Part shown: in pieces, positions 7,019-15,812 of the stretch | Layout of the letters: each line of letters starts with the position of its first letter | How positions within the stretch are numbered: the stretch's first letter is position 1 | Origin: a virus | Virus record (IMG/VR): IMGVR_UViG_3300002293_000042 | Strand: one strand, 5' to 3' | DNA: 22,984 nucleotides | Notes under the pieces: generated by a model | Told to the model about the DNA's origin: nothing | The model's database searches: none | Seen by the model: the letters and a program-made list of their open reading frames with translations, nothing else | Position numbers and translations under genes: made by a program

Positions 7019-8341
7019 ATGACACGTGAGGGGCCCCGGACATTCACAGCTGAGGAGAAAGCACTCCTCTACAGGACGATCCTACTGAACCCCTACATCC
7101 CCCACAGGCCATTCCGCCAGCAAGCCGAATTCCTCTGCGACACCTCAGATGAAGTATTTTATGGTGGATCCGCTGGTGGGGGTAAATCCGACGCACTACT
7201 CATGGGGGCCCTGCAGTACGTGGAGGAACCCGGGTACTCAGCCCTGATACTCCGCCGAACCTACCCTGAACTCACACAGGAAGGCGGATTAATCGACCGT
7301 AGCCACGAATGGTTAGAAGGCACAGACGCTGAATGGTCAGAGTCAAAGAAACAATGGATTTTCCCCTCCGGGGCGACACTACAATTCGGGCATATGGAGT
7401 ATGAGAAGGATAAGTACAGGTATCAGGGTTCAGCGTATCACTTTATTGGTTTTGATGAGTTAACTCAGTTCACTGAGACTCAGTACCGTTTCATGTTCCG
7501 TTCACTCCGTAAGGACTCGGATGATTGGTTACCACTTCGGATGAGGGCGACGGGTAACCCGGGTGGGCTGGGCCATGACTGGGTGAAGGAACGGTTCATT
7601 GAGGGGGATAAGAAGTTCATACCATCCTCGTGGAGGGAGAACCCTTACCTTGATAGGGGGGCGTATGAGAGGGCTCTTGATGAACTGGATCCGGTGATGA
7701 GGCAGTACCTCAAATATGGGGATTGGGATTACATACCAGCGAAGGGTGAATTATTTGATTTTAATATCCTTGAATCTTTGATTGCTGATTTTGATCCTTG
7801 TGAGGTTGATTATCGGCGACTCGTTAGGGGCGTGGATTTCGCAGTTACGGGTAGTGGTGATAGGACGGCGATGACACTTATAGGTGCACGGGAGGGTATG
7901 GAGGCCTATGACATCCTCGACTGCAGGGTGTATCAGGGGACACAACCCGAACAAATCCTACTTAGTGTGATTGGGGATGACCTCGACCTCTACGGGCCCC
8001 TTGGGGTGGAGTATGTGATTGAGAAGGAACCCGGCAGTAGCGGGGAATTCACCGAACGGTACATTAAGGAACTCGTTGAGGCTGAGCACGGCCCAGATGT
8101 CACCTTAACCTTTGAGAGGCCGGTGAAGAACAAGTTCAACCGTGCCCGTCCCCTCAGCAGGGCTGTGAATAATGGCCTTGTAAGGTTACTCCGTGGTGGG
8201 TGGAATGATGAGTTCATCAGGGAACTCGCACAGTTCAGCAGTGACGAATCCCTGTACCAGTATGATGATATTGTTGACTCAGCATCACTCTCCTTCAACA
8301 CCGTCAGGGGTAGGGGGGCTGAGCTGAGCATAACATTCTAA
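7019..8341 (+). CDS. terL: Terminase large subunit
   Basis: Walker A YGGSAGGGKS, Walker B FIGFDELTQF, ATGNPGG coupling motif, RNase H-like nuclease acidic motifs GVDFA and DDIVDS. Confidence 0.95.
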   Translation: MTREGPRTFTAEEKALLYRTILLNPYIPHRPFRQQAEFLCDTSDEVFYGGSAGGGKSDALLMGALQYVEEPGYSALILRRTYPELTQEGGLIDRSHEWLEGTDAEWSESKKQWIFPSGATLQFGHMEYEKDKYRYQGSAYHFIGFDELTQFTETQYRFMFRSLRKDSDDWLPLRMRATGNPGGLGHDWVKERFIEGDKKFIPSSWRENPYLDRGAYERALDELDPVMRQYLKYGDWDYIPAKGELFDFNILESLIADFDPCEVDYRRLVRGVDFAVTGSGDRTAMTLIGAREGMEAYDILDCRVYQGTQPEQILLSVIGDDLDLYGPLGVEYVIEKEPGSSGEFTERYIKELVEAEHGPDVTLTFERPVKNKFNRARPLSRAVNNGLVRLLRGGWNDEFIRELAQFSSDESLYQYDDIVDSASLSFNTVRGRGAELSITF

Positions 8342-8357
8342 GAGGAGGGAAGATAAT

Positions 8358-9788
8358 ATGAAGGAAGGAAATGATGATATGGGCCTGGGTGTCTCCTTCA
8401 TCGGGGCCCGTGAAGGGTTCACTTTGAAGGAGGTCACCGATTACGCCTTAAAGGATGACAAGACCAAACATTTGATTAAGGATCCTTTTGAGCGGGTGTA
8501 TGGTGAGAAGGAGATCGTCCCACCACCATATGACCCAACCCGACTATCAATACTCTTGGAGGCCAACACCACACACTCGGCCTGTGTCCGGACGATAGCC
8601 AGTGATGTAGTCAGCCCCGGCTGGACACTTAAGGGGGAGGAGGATGCCATACAGTTGGCTGAGGAAACCATCAAGGCATTCACTGATCCACTTGATGAAA
8701 CCTTGAAGTCGGCGGTGATTGATTATCAGGCGATAGGGTACTGTGCCCTCGCAGTATCCTATGAGGACAGCGTCCCTGTGAACCTCTACCATATACCAGC
8801 CCACACTATGAGGCGGACTTACGATGACATCAGGGCCGTGCAGAAAGTCGGGGAGAAGGAGGTCTGGTTCACCCTCGCCGGTACTGATAAGAAAGTCGAC
8901 CCCGAGACGGGGAAATTCAATGATAACCTTAGTGATGAGGAGGCTGGGGATAGTATAATCTGGATTAACCGGTACAACCCCCGGAGCTACTTCTATGGAT
9001 ATCCACCTATCATTTCCGCTTTGAATAGTATTTACCTTGAACTCTCAGCCAAACGCTACAACACCATGTTCTTCAAGAATTACGGTGTACCGAGCCTCAT
9101 CGTCTCATTGATTGGGAATTTTCAGGATAAAGACCCAAACAACCCCACATATGACGTATCAGAGAAAATCAAGGAGGGAATCAAATCCACCATCATGAAC
9201 CCCCATAGTGCCATGGTCATGACAATGAAAACCACCGACAAGGACTCCATAAAATTCGATGTTAAGGAACTCGGGGGTCTGAATACAGAGGCGGGGTTCC
9301 TTAAACTCCTTGAGAGGGTGGAGGATGAAGTGCTCAGTGTCCACAAGATGCCACCCTATCGTATCGGGGTGAATCGGACTGGTAGCCTTGGTGGATCCAC
9401 CGCAGTTGAATCCAGTAGGACATACTATGAGTCTGTGATTAAGCCTTTGCAGGCCCGCCTATCCAATGCCTTGAACCATTACCTGTTCCAGCCGATTGAC
9501 CCTGACCTTAAATTAGTCTTTAACACTGTGAACCTCAGAGAATTTAAGGCTGAAGTGGATAGTGTGATTAACCTTGTGCAGGCGGGTATCCTCACGCCGG
9601 CTGAGGCCAGGGGAGTTATGAAGCAGTACTTCGACTTGGATGATGACATGGTGGGTTATGAGGCTGAGAACCTCTACCATCGTGGCGTGCCATTGGATTC
9701 CATGTCCGCCCTTAGCCTTAAACCACCATTGGAGACTGCCCGTGAACTCCTAAGGGAGCCGGAGGAACAGGAAGGCGGGCGGGGATAA
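8358..9788 (+). CDS. Portal protein
   Basis: 476 aa after terL. Segments LYHIPAHTM, YFYGYPPI, FFKNYGVP, VHKMPPYRIG and GILTPAEAR are typical of portals. Confidence 0.9.
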   Translation: MKEGNDDMGLGVSFIGAREGFTLKEVTDYALKDDKTKHLIKDPFERVYGEKEIVPPPYDPTRLSILLEANTTHSACVRTIASDVVSPGWTLKGEEDAIQLAEETIKAFTDPLDETLKSAVIDYQAIGYCALAVSYEDSVPVNLYHIPAHTMRRTYDDIRAVQKVGEKEVWFTLAGTDKKVDPETGKFNDNLSDEEAGDSIIWINRYNPRSYFYGYPPIISALNSIYLELSAKRYNTMFFKNYGVPSLIVSLIGNFQDKDPNNPTYDVSEKIKEGIKSTIMNPHSAMVMTMKTTDKDSIKFDVKELGGLNTEAGFLKLLERVEDEVLSVHKMPPYRIGVNRTGSLGGSTAVESSRTYYESVIKPLQARLSNALNHYLFQPIDPDLKLVFNTVNLREFKAEVDSVINLVQAGILTPAEARGVMKQYFDLDDDMVGYEAENLYHRGVPLDSMSALSLKPPLETARELLREPEEQEGGRG

Positions 9789-9803
9789 GATGGTGGGGAT
9801 GAT

Positions 9804-11450
9804 ATGAGGGTGGATAAACGAGTACGGGGCAAACTACTCATCGAGGAACAAAGACTACTCGCCCGTCTGAGCCATGAATTCTACATGAACCTCCGGCCCC
9901 TGCAGGATCAACTGTGCCTCCGTATCATGGAAGTTATGAAACAATTCAGGGGCCCAGTCAACGAGGATGTACAATTATATGATGAGGCCCTCCACCTACT
10001 TGACATCGTGTTTCAGGATCACCTCAACCACTTACCCATCAAACTCATCGAATCATATGCACGGATCAACGTGGAGGTGGACCGGTTCCATGAATGGAGT
10101 AAACAATTAATCACCGGGGAGGAGCCATTAAGGAGCACGTTTAAGGAGTCCCGGCCCCCGGAACCCGAGGTGATGGTGATGGGTGAACCTGAATCCTTCT
10201 ACCTGATTGAGGAGGATGAACTCCCACCCTATGACCCGTCACAGTTGAAACCCACTGAGATCGGAGGGGTGACCGGTGTCCCATACGCCCGACCGGTAAT
10301 TGTGGCGGGGGAATTCGATCCACGGGCCAAAAGGTACATGGAGGAACTGGCACTCCGGAAGTGTGTCACCCTGAACAGTGCACAGAAGGAACCAGTCAAA
10401 AAAGTACTCATCTACAGTTTCGAGAAGGCCGAACCACTCAGGAATACTATGAGGCGTATGGAGAAACACATCCACCACCTTAAATTCTGGCAGATCGAAC
10501 GGATAGCACGCACAGAAACACATCAAGTCTTCAACTGGAGTAAGTATAAGGAGTATCAGGATGACCCATTCATTGAATCGGTGCAGTGGTTGACTGTGGG
10601 GGATAATCGGGTGAGGAGGAGTCACCGCCTATGCCATTTAGTTGTGAGGCGTAAGGGCGAACCATTCCCCAACGGCCTGTTATACCCCCATGACCCAAAG
10701 GGGCCTGCAAGGGAGGTTATCCAGTGCCGATGCACCATCGTCCCCTACATCATCGCCCCTAGTGTGGCCCCGGCTCCACGTACAAGGACACCCACACAGA
10801 TGGCCCCGGAGTCTAACTGGAAACCACCGGTGGAGGAGAAACCAGCCAAATCCTTCAAACTCCCACGAACCTACCTGAAGAAACCCCCACGGGCCACAAG
10901 CAAATCATCCCCTCCACTCGTTTACGCTGACAACCCCAAAGATTACCCCAGATTCTTAGGGGTGTTCATGCAGTACCCTGAGGACACCCGCAACCTCATC
11001 AATGAAATCCACATCACAAGGGACATGTCATCGAGTGTTGACTTGGAGGCCATGAAACTCCGGGTGGGCCTGTATGATGGCTGGGAGTCCGACCTCCACT
11101 ACCTCATCGGATACATAATAGACCACACAGCAGACCCCGACACAGGGGCCCATGGTGATGTTGATCCATTGGAATTATACAGGTCGGGGGCGAGTATGCT
11201 CTGGGGTGTGAAGGATCGGCGGACACCCCCATACCTTAACAGTGGAGTGGTCAGGGAAGCGGAGGAGTACCTCCCAATTAAAAGGTACGTTGACGGCAAA
11301 CTCGACACAACTGAAATCCTACCCACCCTTCATATGAAACTCCACAGTGATGACTTCAAGGAATTCATCAAGGGATGCCCTGAATCCTTTAATCTCCTCT
11401 CACGTGTCCTTGGCCCCGGGTTGCTGGATTCTGTCGAGAACAATAAATGA
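9804..11450 (+). CDS. Minor head protein of the MuF / SPP1 gp7 family with a Pro-rich linker and an approximately 175-aa C-terminal extension
   Basis: ERIARTET...WLTVGDNRVRRSH...GEPFPNGLLYPHDP...IQCRC is the MuF signature, and the gene follows the portal. Confidence 0.88.
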   Translation: MRVDKRVRGKLLIEEQRLLARLSHEFYMNLRPLQDQLCLRIMEVMKQFRGPVNEDVQLYDEALHLLDIVFQDHLNHLPIKLIESYARINVEVDRFHEWSKQLITGEEPLRSTFKESRPPEPEVMVMGEPESFYLIEEDELPPYDPSQLKPTEIGGVTGVPYARPVIVAGEFDPRAKRYMEELALRKCVTLNSAQKEPVKKVLIYSFEKAEPLRNTMRRMEKHIHHLKFWQIERIARTETHQVFNWSKYKEYQDDPFIESVQWLTVGDNRVRRSHRLCHLVVRRKGEPFPNGLLYPHDPKGPAREVIQCRCTIVPYIIAPSVAPAPRTRTPTQMAPESNWKPPVEEKPAKSFKLPRTYLKKPPRATSKSSPPLVYADNPKDYPRFLGVFMQYPEDTRNLINEIHITRDMSSSVDLEAMKLRVGLYDGWESDLHYLIGYIIDHTADPDTGAHGDVDPLELYRSGASMLWGVKDRRTPPYLNSGVVREAEEYLPIKRYVDGKLDTTEILPTLHMKLHSDDFKEFIKGCPESFNLLSRVLGPGLLDSVENNK

Positions 11451-11476
11451 AAAAGAAACAGTGGTGTTAACCTATT

Positions 11477-11785
11477 ATGAAGTTATCTGAACTCATATCC
11501 ATGGAGTCCCTTAAGCGTAAGGGGATGGAATCAGCACCGGTGAGGATCCCCGATCATTACCGTGGTGGCACGGTGGAGTTCCTTGATGATGACTTGCAGG
11601 GGGTTTCGAATCCCTTACTGGCCTCTACTTATAAGGTGACAAGTCGGGATGCGAGGAGGGAACTGTTCCTACCATACAGGAACAACTATGTCCTTGAACT
11701 CATTCACATGGATGACAGGACACTCAAGTACACGTATAATTCTGATGCTACGAGGCTGATTAAACTGGAAATCATAAGGGGATGA
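11477..11785 (+). CDS. Hypothetical protein, 102 aa
   Basis: Fills the gap between MuF and the protease, with GTGGTG upstream. No recognisable motif. Confidence 0.65.
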   Translation: MKLSELISMESLKRKGMESAPVRIPDHYRGGTVEFLDDDLQGVSNPLLASTYKVTSRDARRELFLPYRNNYVLELIHMDDRTLKYTYNSDATRLIKLEIIRG

Positions 11786-11789
11786 TACT

Positions 11790-13148
11790 ATGCCATGGAA
11801 ACTGAACAGGAAGGCGTATAATCATGCCATGAAATTGATTGAGGAGGGTAAGATTAATGAAGGAGAATGGAGTGCCCCCAACCTCTCTGACTTTAAGGAC
11901 ATCACGGAATACAGTTTATTCCACCTTGCAGTTGACCCCGAACGTGACCCGGAAACCGCCGGGGCCTACGCCTACCCCTATGGGAAGGATGGTGAAGTTT
12001 ACATTCAAGCGTTGAGGAGCATCAGATCCTACTCGGCGGGGGCCCGGGGAGCAGAAAAGAATCAGGAAATCTTTGATGCCAGTGGCCGACTCCTCGACAA
12101 GATCGCATTATTGACAGGTAAGGGTATAGATGAATTAACCGTGCAGGTACCGAGGGCGATTAAGGAGACATTCACGGTTAAATCAGAGGAACAGCGAATG
12201 ATAACAGGGCCTGTACTTATACCAGATTACAGGGACTGTCAAGCTCCACAAGGGGAGAGGCCACTAACAGCTGATGAGATAACTGAGAAGATGATGACCT
12301 TCTATGACTTCAAGGTATTCGATGTCAAGCATAATGCCATCAGGGAGGGGGATTTCACATCTGTAGCTGAACTTGTGGAGTCATGGCAACTGAAGGAGGA
12401 CTGCAGGGGTTACCCGAGGGGTACGTGGATTGTTACGGCGAAAGTCACTGATGATGAGGTCTGGGGGGCCATCAGGAGGGGTGAACTCACCGGGTTCAGC
12501 ATCACAGCCATACCCCGGGCCAGTGCTAAGGAGTTATTCAACCTCAAAGATGAGGTGGGTGGTGGTGTCAGGAATGTTCCACTCGCAGAACTCGATGACC
12601 CTGTGATCTGCACGATCTCACTAACTGATAAGCCATGCGTCTTCGACGCCAAGATACTGAGTATGAAGGAGGATGGTAATGTGAAGGATGAAAAGAATGT
12701 TTTGAAGAAGATTTATGAGGTGCTCACTGAGTACTTCACCGGGAAGGAGGATTCGGTGGCCGTGGAGGAACCAGCACCAGTAGAGGAACCGGCCCCCATA
12801 GAGGCCAGAGAAGAACCCAGCGACTCATTCAATGATATCCTCTCAAAACTCGACGATGCACTCGAAAAAATCAACCGGCTCGAAGAGAAACTCAACGAAA
12901 CAATCAACGAAATAGAAGCCACACAGGAGGACACCAACACTGAGGCCGAGGAAGTGGCCACAGAAGAACCAGCGGAGGAACCCGAACCAGAAACAGCAGA
13001 GGAACCTGAAGTGGTGGGGGAGGAGGTTACAACCAAGGAAACAAAACCCGAGAAGAAATCAGTACCCCCAGATGAAGCCACAGTGAAAGAGAAATTAGAC
13101 CTCATGGAGTACCTCGGCAGAGACCCCACAGGGGTGCCCAAAAAATAA
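11790..13148 (+). CDS. Prohead protease (XkdF-like) with an extra N-terminal domain and an acidic scaffold-like C-terminus
   Basis: EQRMITGPVLIPD...DVKH...LVESW...RGTW...DDEVWGAIRRGELTGFSI matches XkdF-type putative serine proteases. Glu/Pro-rich coiled-coil tail. Position just before the MCP gene. Confidence 0.85.
   Translation: MPWKLNRKAYNHAMKLIEEGKINEGEWSAPNLSDFKDITEYSLFHLAVDPERDPETAGAYAYPYGKDGEVYIQALRSIRSYSAGARGAEKNQEIFDASGRLLDKIALLTGKGIDELTVQVPRAIKETFTVKSEEQRMITGPVLIPDYRDCQAPQGERPLTADEITEKMMTFYDFKVFDVKHNAIREGDFTSVAELVESWQLKEDCRGYPRGTWIVTAKVTDDEVWGAIRRGELTGFSITAIPRASAKELFNLKDEVGGGVRNVPLAELDDPVICTISLTDKPCVFDAKILSMKEDGNVKDEKNVLKKIYEVLTEYFTGKEDSVAVEEPAPVEEPAPIEAREEPSDSFNDILSKLDDALEKINRLEEKLNETINEIEATQEDTNTEAEEVATEEPAEEPEPETAEEPEVVGEEVTTKETKPEKKSVPPDEATVKEKLDLMEYLGRDPTGVPKK
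12762..12797 (+). repeat. Two degenerate 18-bp in-frame tandem repeats encoding VEEPAP-VEEPAP
   Basis: gtggaggaaccagcacca / gtagaggaaccggccccc. Confidence 0.7.
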
Positions 13149-13180
13149 GTCACAATCCCCAATAAAAAAAAAAATTTGAG

Positions 13181-14248
13181 GTGATAAGTATGGATGATAT
13201 GCTTGAAATGATTGAAACAACAATGAAGCAGATAACAGTCGCCGACCTCGGTGCAAGCGTCCTTAACCCTGAAAGGTACGCCCAGTACGTTAAGGGACTG
13301 ATGAGGCCCGAATCGATCCTCTCAGATATCAGGTACACGCCGATGGAGAGCCAGAGGACACTCATCGACCGGGTCGTTGCACCTGACCGTGTCCTCAGGA
13401 GACTCAGTGAAGGCACAATGGCAGGGGAATCCGCACCAACCTTCAAGCAGGTGCAGATGGATGCCGTCCCATTAATCGGTTACATGCCAATCTATGACCC
13501 CGCCCTGAGGAGGAACCTTGAGGGTGGTAACTTCGAATCAACCCTCGTCGACCTGATGTCAGGGGCCACAAGGAGGGATATTGAGGAGTTCCTTGTATTC
13601 AGCCGTGTCAGTGCAAGTGACACCAGTGGGGATATCCTCCTCGGCTCTGAAGGATTCATAAGACAGTCAATCATGGCCTACGGTGACTCCACAGACGGGA
13701 ACGTGGATAACAACATCCTCTATGGTGAAAACACAGCATCCGGTGAAGACCCTGACTTCGACCCTGAAATCGACAAGGACAACGTAACAGCACTCTTCGA
13801 CAGTATGCTTAAGGCCCTACCCTCTGAGTACACTGGAATGCCAAGTGACTTCAAATTCTACGTACCCTTTGAGGTAGCGGATGCGTACAGGGATTACCTC
13901 GCATCAAGGAACACCCTGGCCGGGGATGAAATGCTAATGAGCGGTGAACTCAAACCATACAAGGGAGTCCCCGTCAAGTACTGCCCAGTCCTTGATAAGG
14001 AATTCAATAACTTTGATGCTGTTATTGACTTATTCCAGAAGCCAGTTATCCTTACCCAGCCAAGCAACCTGATCTTCGGCCTGTTCCAGGAGGTTAAGGT
14101 TGAGGTTGCCCGTGAACCCAAATACGCAAGGACTGACTTCGTCATCCAGACAGAGCCAGCGAGTGGTGTGGAGGTACCTGAGGCCTGTGTTGTGGCCCTC
14201 CCGGATGCGGATAAGAATGATGCGGATGCACTGTGGAGCACAACATAA
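13181..14248 (+). CDS. Major capsid protein, probably HK97 fold (likely true start ATG 13190)
   Basis: Follows the protease-scaffold. Strong RBS GAGGTGA at 13178-13184. About 350 aa, with GASVLNPERY, ALRRNLEGGNFESTL and GVPVKY segments typical of MCPs. Followed by a terminator. Confidence 0.88.
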   Translation: MISMDDMLEMIETTMKQITVADLGASVLNPERYAQYVKGLMRPESILSDIRYTPMESQRTLIDRVVAPDRVLRRLSEGTMAGESAPTFKQVQMDAVPLIGYMPIYDPALRRNLEGGNFESTLVDLMSGATRRDIEEFLVFSRVSASDTSGDILLGSEGFIRQSIMAYGDSTDGNVDNNILYGENTASGEDPDFDPEIDKDNVTALFDSMLKALPSEYTGMPSDFKFYVPFEVADAYRDYLASRNTLAGDEMLMSGELKPYKGVPVKYCPVLDKEFNNFDAVIDLFQKPVILTQPSNLIFGLFQEVKVEVAREPKYARTDFVIQTEPASGVEVPEACVVALPDADKNDADALWSTT

Positions 14249-14249
14249 A

Positions 14250-14290
14250 CACCCCCCCCAATCCTCCACCCCCACTTATTTTTATTTTAT
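14250..14290 (+). terminator. C-rich plus oligo-T terminator after the MCP gene
   Basis: CCCCACTTATTTTTATTTTAT at 14270-14290. Confidence 0.6.
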
Positions 14291-14364
14291 CATATGAGGG
14301 GGTGTGTTGTATGGGAAAATCTTTTTGATGATTCTCCATTACCATGGATGGGAGGGTGGTGTTC

Positions 14365-14448
14365 ATGTTCGAGGATCCTTTAACTGAATTAACATTCACG
14401 ATAATCCTAATCATGCTCATATTAACAATGATTTGGTTGATTTTATGA
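14365..14448 (+). CDS. 27-aa single-pass membrane peptide, not in the ORF track
   Basis: My translation: MFEDPLTELTFTIILIMLILTMIWLIL. RBS GGAGGGTGGTG at 14351-14361. Its TGA overlaps the ATG at 14445 of the next gene (ATGA). An in-frame ATG at 14344 would give 34 aa. Confidence 0.55.
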   Translation: MFEDPLTELTFTIILIMLILTMIWLIL

Positions 14449-14831
14449 TAAGCACTGATCTACTAATCCGGTTCACTGGTGTGGAGCCCGAGACCTTCGG
14501 TTTCAAGGATCAGGAGGAGCTTGAGGGGTTCCTTAATGAAATCATAAGTATGGCTTCGGATATGATAAGGGAGTACACCGGGCAGGTATTCCCTGAGGCC
14601 GTGCCCAGCATAGTCAGGAATTGCTGTCTACGACTTGCGGGGAATATTATCGCACAGGGGATAGCCAGGCAGGATATCGAGTTATTAAGATCGGGGGATT
14701 ACAGTAATGAATTACTCAGGAGTGATGTGTTCACGAAGGACATCAAGGATGACCTGAAGCAATTCATCCAGTCAGATTCAACCGGATCAGGGACTCCAAG
14801 ATTCTACACAATAACAGGGGATGAGGAGTGA
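14445..14831 (+). CDS. Head-tail adaptor/connector (SPP1 gp15 / HK97 gp6-like); track start TTG 14433
   Basis: First structural gene after MCP. Helical pattern LNEIISMASDMIREYTG...VP..VRNCCLRLA resembles adaptors. Confidence 0.65.
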   Translation: MISTDLLIRFTGVEPETFGFKDQEELEGFLNEIISMASDMIREYTGQVFPEAVPSIVRNCCLRLAGNIIAQGIARQDIELLRSGDYSNELLRSDVFTKDIKDDLKQFIQSDSTGSGTPRFYTITGDEE

Positions 14832-15312
14832 ATCCACATTGACAATCAAGATTGACATCACCGGCTATAAGATGGATGGTTTGGAGGGTAAGATCAGGAA
14901 GTGGGCTGAGGCAGGTACTCAGTTATCGGTGAGGCACTTTGAATCCCTCCTTGTTAAGTACACTCCGGCCCGTAAGGGTCGTGGAGGCGGGGGACAACTG
15001 AGGGCGTCACTCCATTTCAGGAAACAGGGCCGACTGCAATTCAAATCCACCCCCAAGTATTACTTCACCTACCTTGATAAGGGTACGGGGGTGTATGGTC
15101 GTGGGTCACCCATTGTGCCGGTGCGTAAGAAGGCACTGGCATGGCATCCGCAGAACCCCCTGCGGGCATGTGGCCGTGGCACCGGTTGTATAGTCCGGAA
15201 ATCAGTGAGGGGTATACGACCATTCCGGATAGTCGATAAGGCGACACGTGGATTGCAGAGGGACATTGAACGGATATATGAGATGGTGGCGGAGAAGATA
15301 ATTGGAGGATAG
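14821..15312 (+). CDS. HK97 gp10-like neck / tail-completion protein
   Basis: TP-(x)-G-x-LRAS, Y..YLDKGTG, I-x-P-x-x-KKAL and V-x-G-x-x-P motifs. Basic. Typical position. Confidence 0.7.
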   Translation: MRSESTLTIKIDITGYKMDGLEGKIRKWAEAGTQLSVRHFESLLVKYTPARKGRGGGGQLRASLHFRKQGRLQFKSTPKYYFTYLDKGTGVYGRGSPIVPVRKKALAWHPQNPLRACGRGTGCIVRKSVRGIRPFRIVDKATRGLQRDIERIYEMVAEKIIGG

Positions 15313-15769
15313 GATTTGTATGGGTGCAACTGAACCATTAAGTGAAGCAATAATCATGATCCCCGAGACGATCAAGGAGATCATCGAATCCAATGATAAC
15401 CCCTATGGTCGTATCGCTCTCGGTCAGGTACTGCAGGGGCCAGTGAAGAAGACGCCGATACTCTGGATCATCCCTGAGAGGGTGTCGTTGAGGGATGAGG
15501 AGATTCACATGCTACTCTATGATTATAGTGTGACCCTCGCCCATGTTGATAAAACCCGTCGGATGCAGGAGGAACCCATGCTCGCCCCCTCAACCCTCAG
15601 CACAGTCTTCCAGTTAATCAAGGATGGTATCCGTGAAAGACACCCCATGAGGATGTTCATTCAGGACATTCACATGGAGTCCCTTGAATGCCTTGGTACT
15701 GAGTCTGAGGATAGGGCGGTGATCACATATGAGATGCGTGTGAAATTCCTTATCAGAACAACCCCCTAA
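15302..15769 (+). CDS. Probable tail terminator protein (likely start ATG 15320)
   Basis: About 150 aa directly upstream of the tail tube gene. Assigned mainly by position and size. GGAGGA at 15304-15309 fits ATG 15320. Confidence 0.5.
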   Translation: MEDRICMGATEPLSEAIIMIPETIKEIIESNDNPYGRIALGQVLQGPVKKTPILWIIPERVSLRDEEIHMLLYDYSVTLAHVDKTRRMQEEPMLAPSTLSTVFQLIKDGIRERHPMRMFIQDIHMESLECLGTESEDRAVITYEMRVKFLIRTTP

Positions 15770-15812
15770 CATGGGGGGATAGAGTGATTATAAAGTTTTG
15801 AGGTGAATTATT

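Noticed and set aside
13137-13190. Possible frameshift fusing the scaffold to the capsid gene at CCC-AAA-AAA-TAA or the A11 run (13164-13174)
   Set aside because: The -1 (MCP) frame hits TAA at 13163-13165 and the zero frame stops again before MCP. The A11 run is more likely a spacer or an antisense terminator.
14249-14305. 8-bp inverted repeat ACACCCCC / GGGGGTGT flanking the post-MCP T tract
   Set aside because: Short, low-complexity arms with a ~40-nt loop. The right arm doubles as a Shine-Dalgarno-like sequence, so it is not supportable as a hairpin.
14294-14383. Tiny ORFs at 14294 (29 aa, Cys/Trp-rich) and 14311 (MGKSF)
   Set aside because: No motif. The first lacks an RBS and the second is 5 codons long. 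A decayed gene cannot be excluded but is unsupported.
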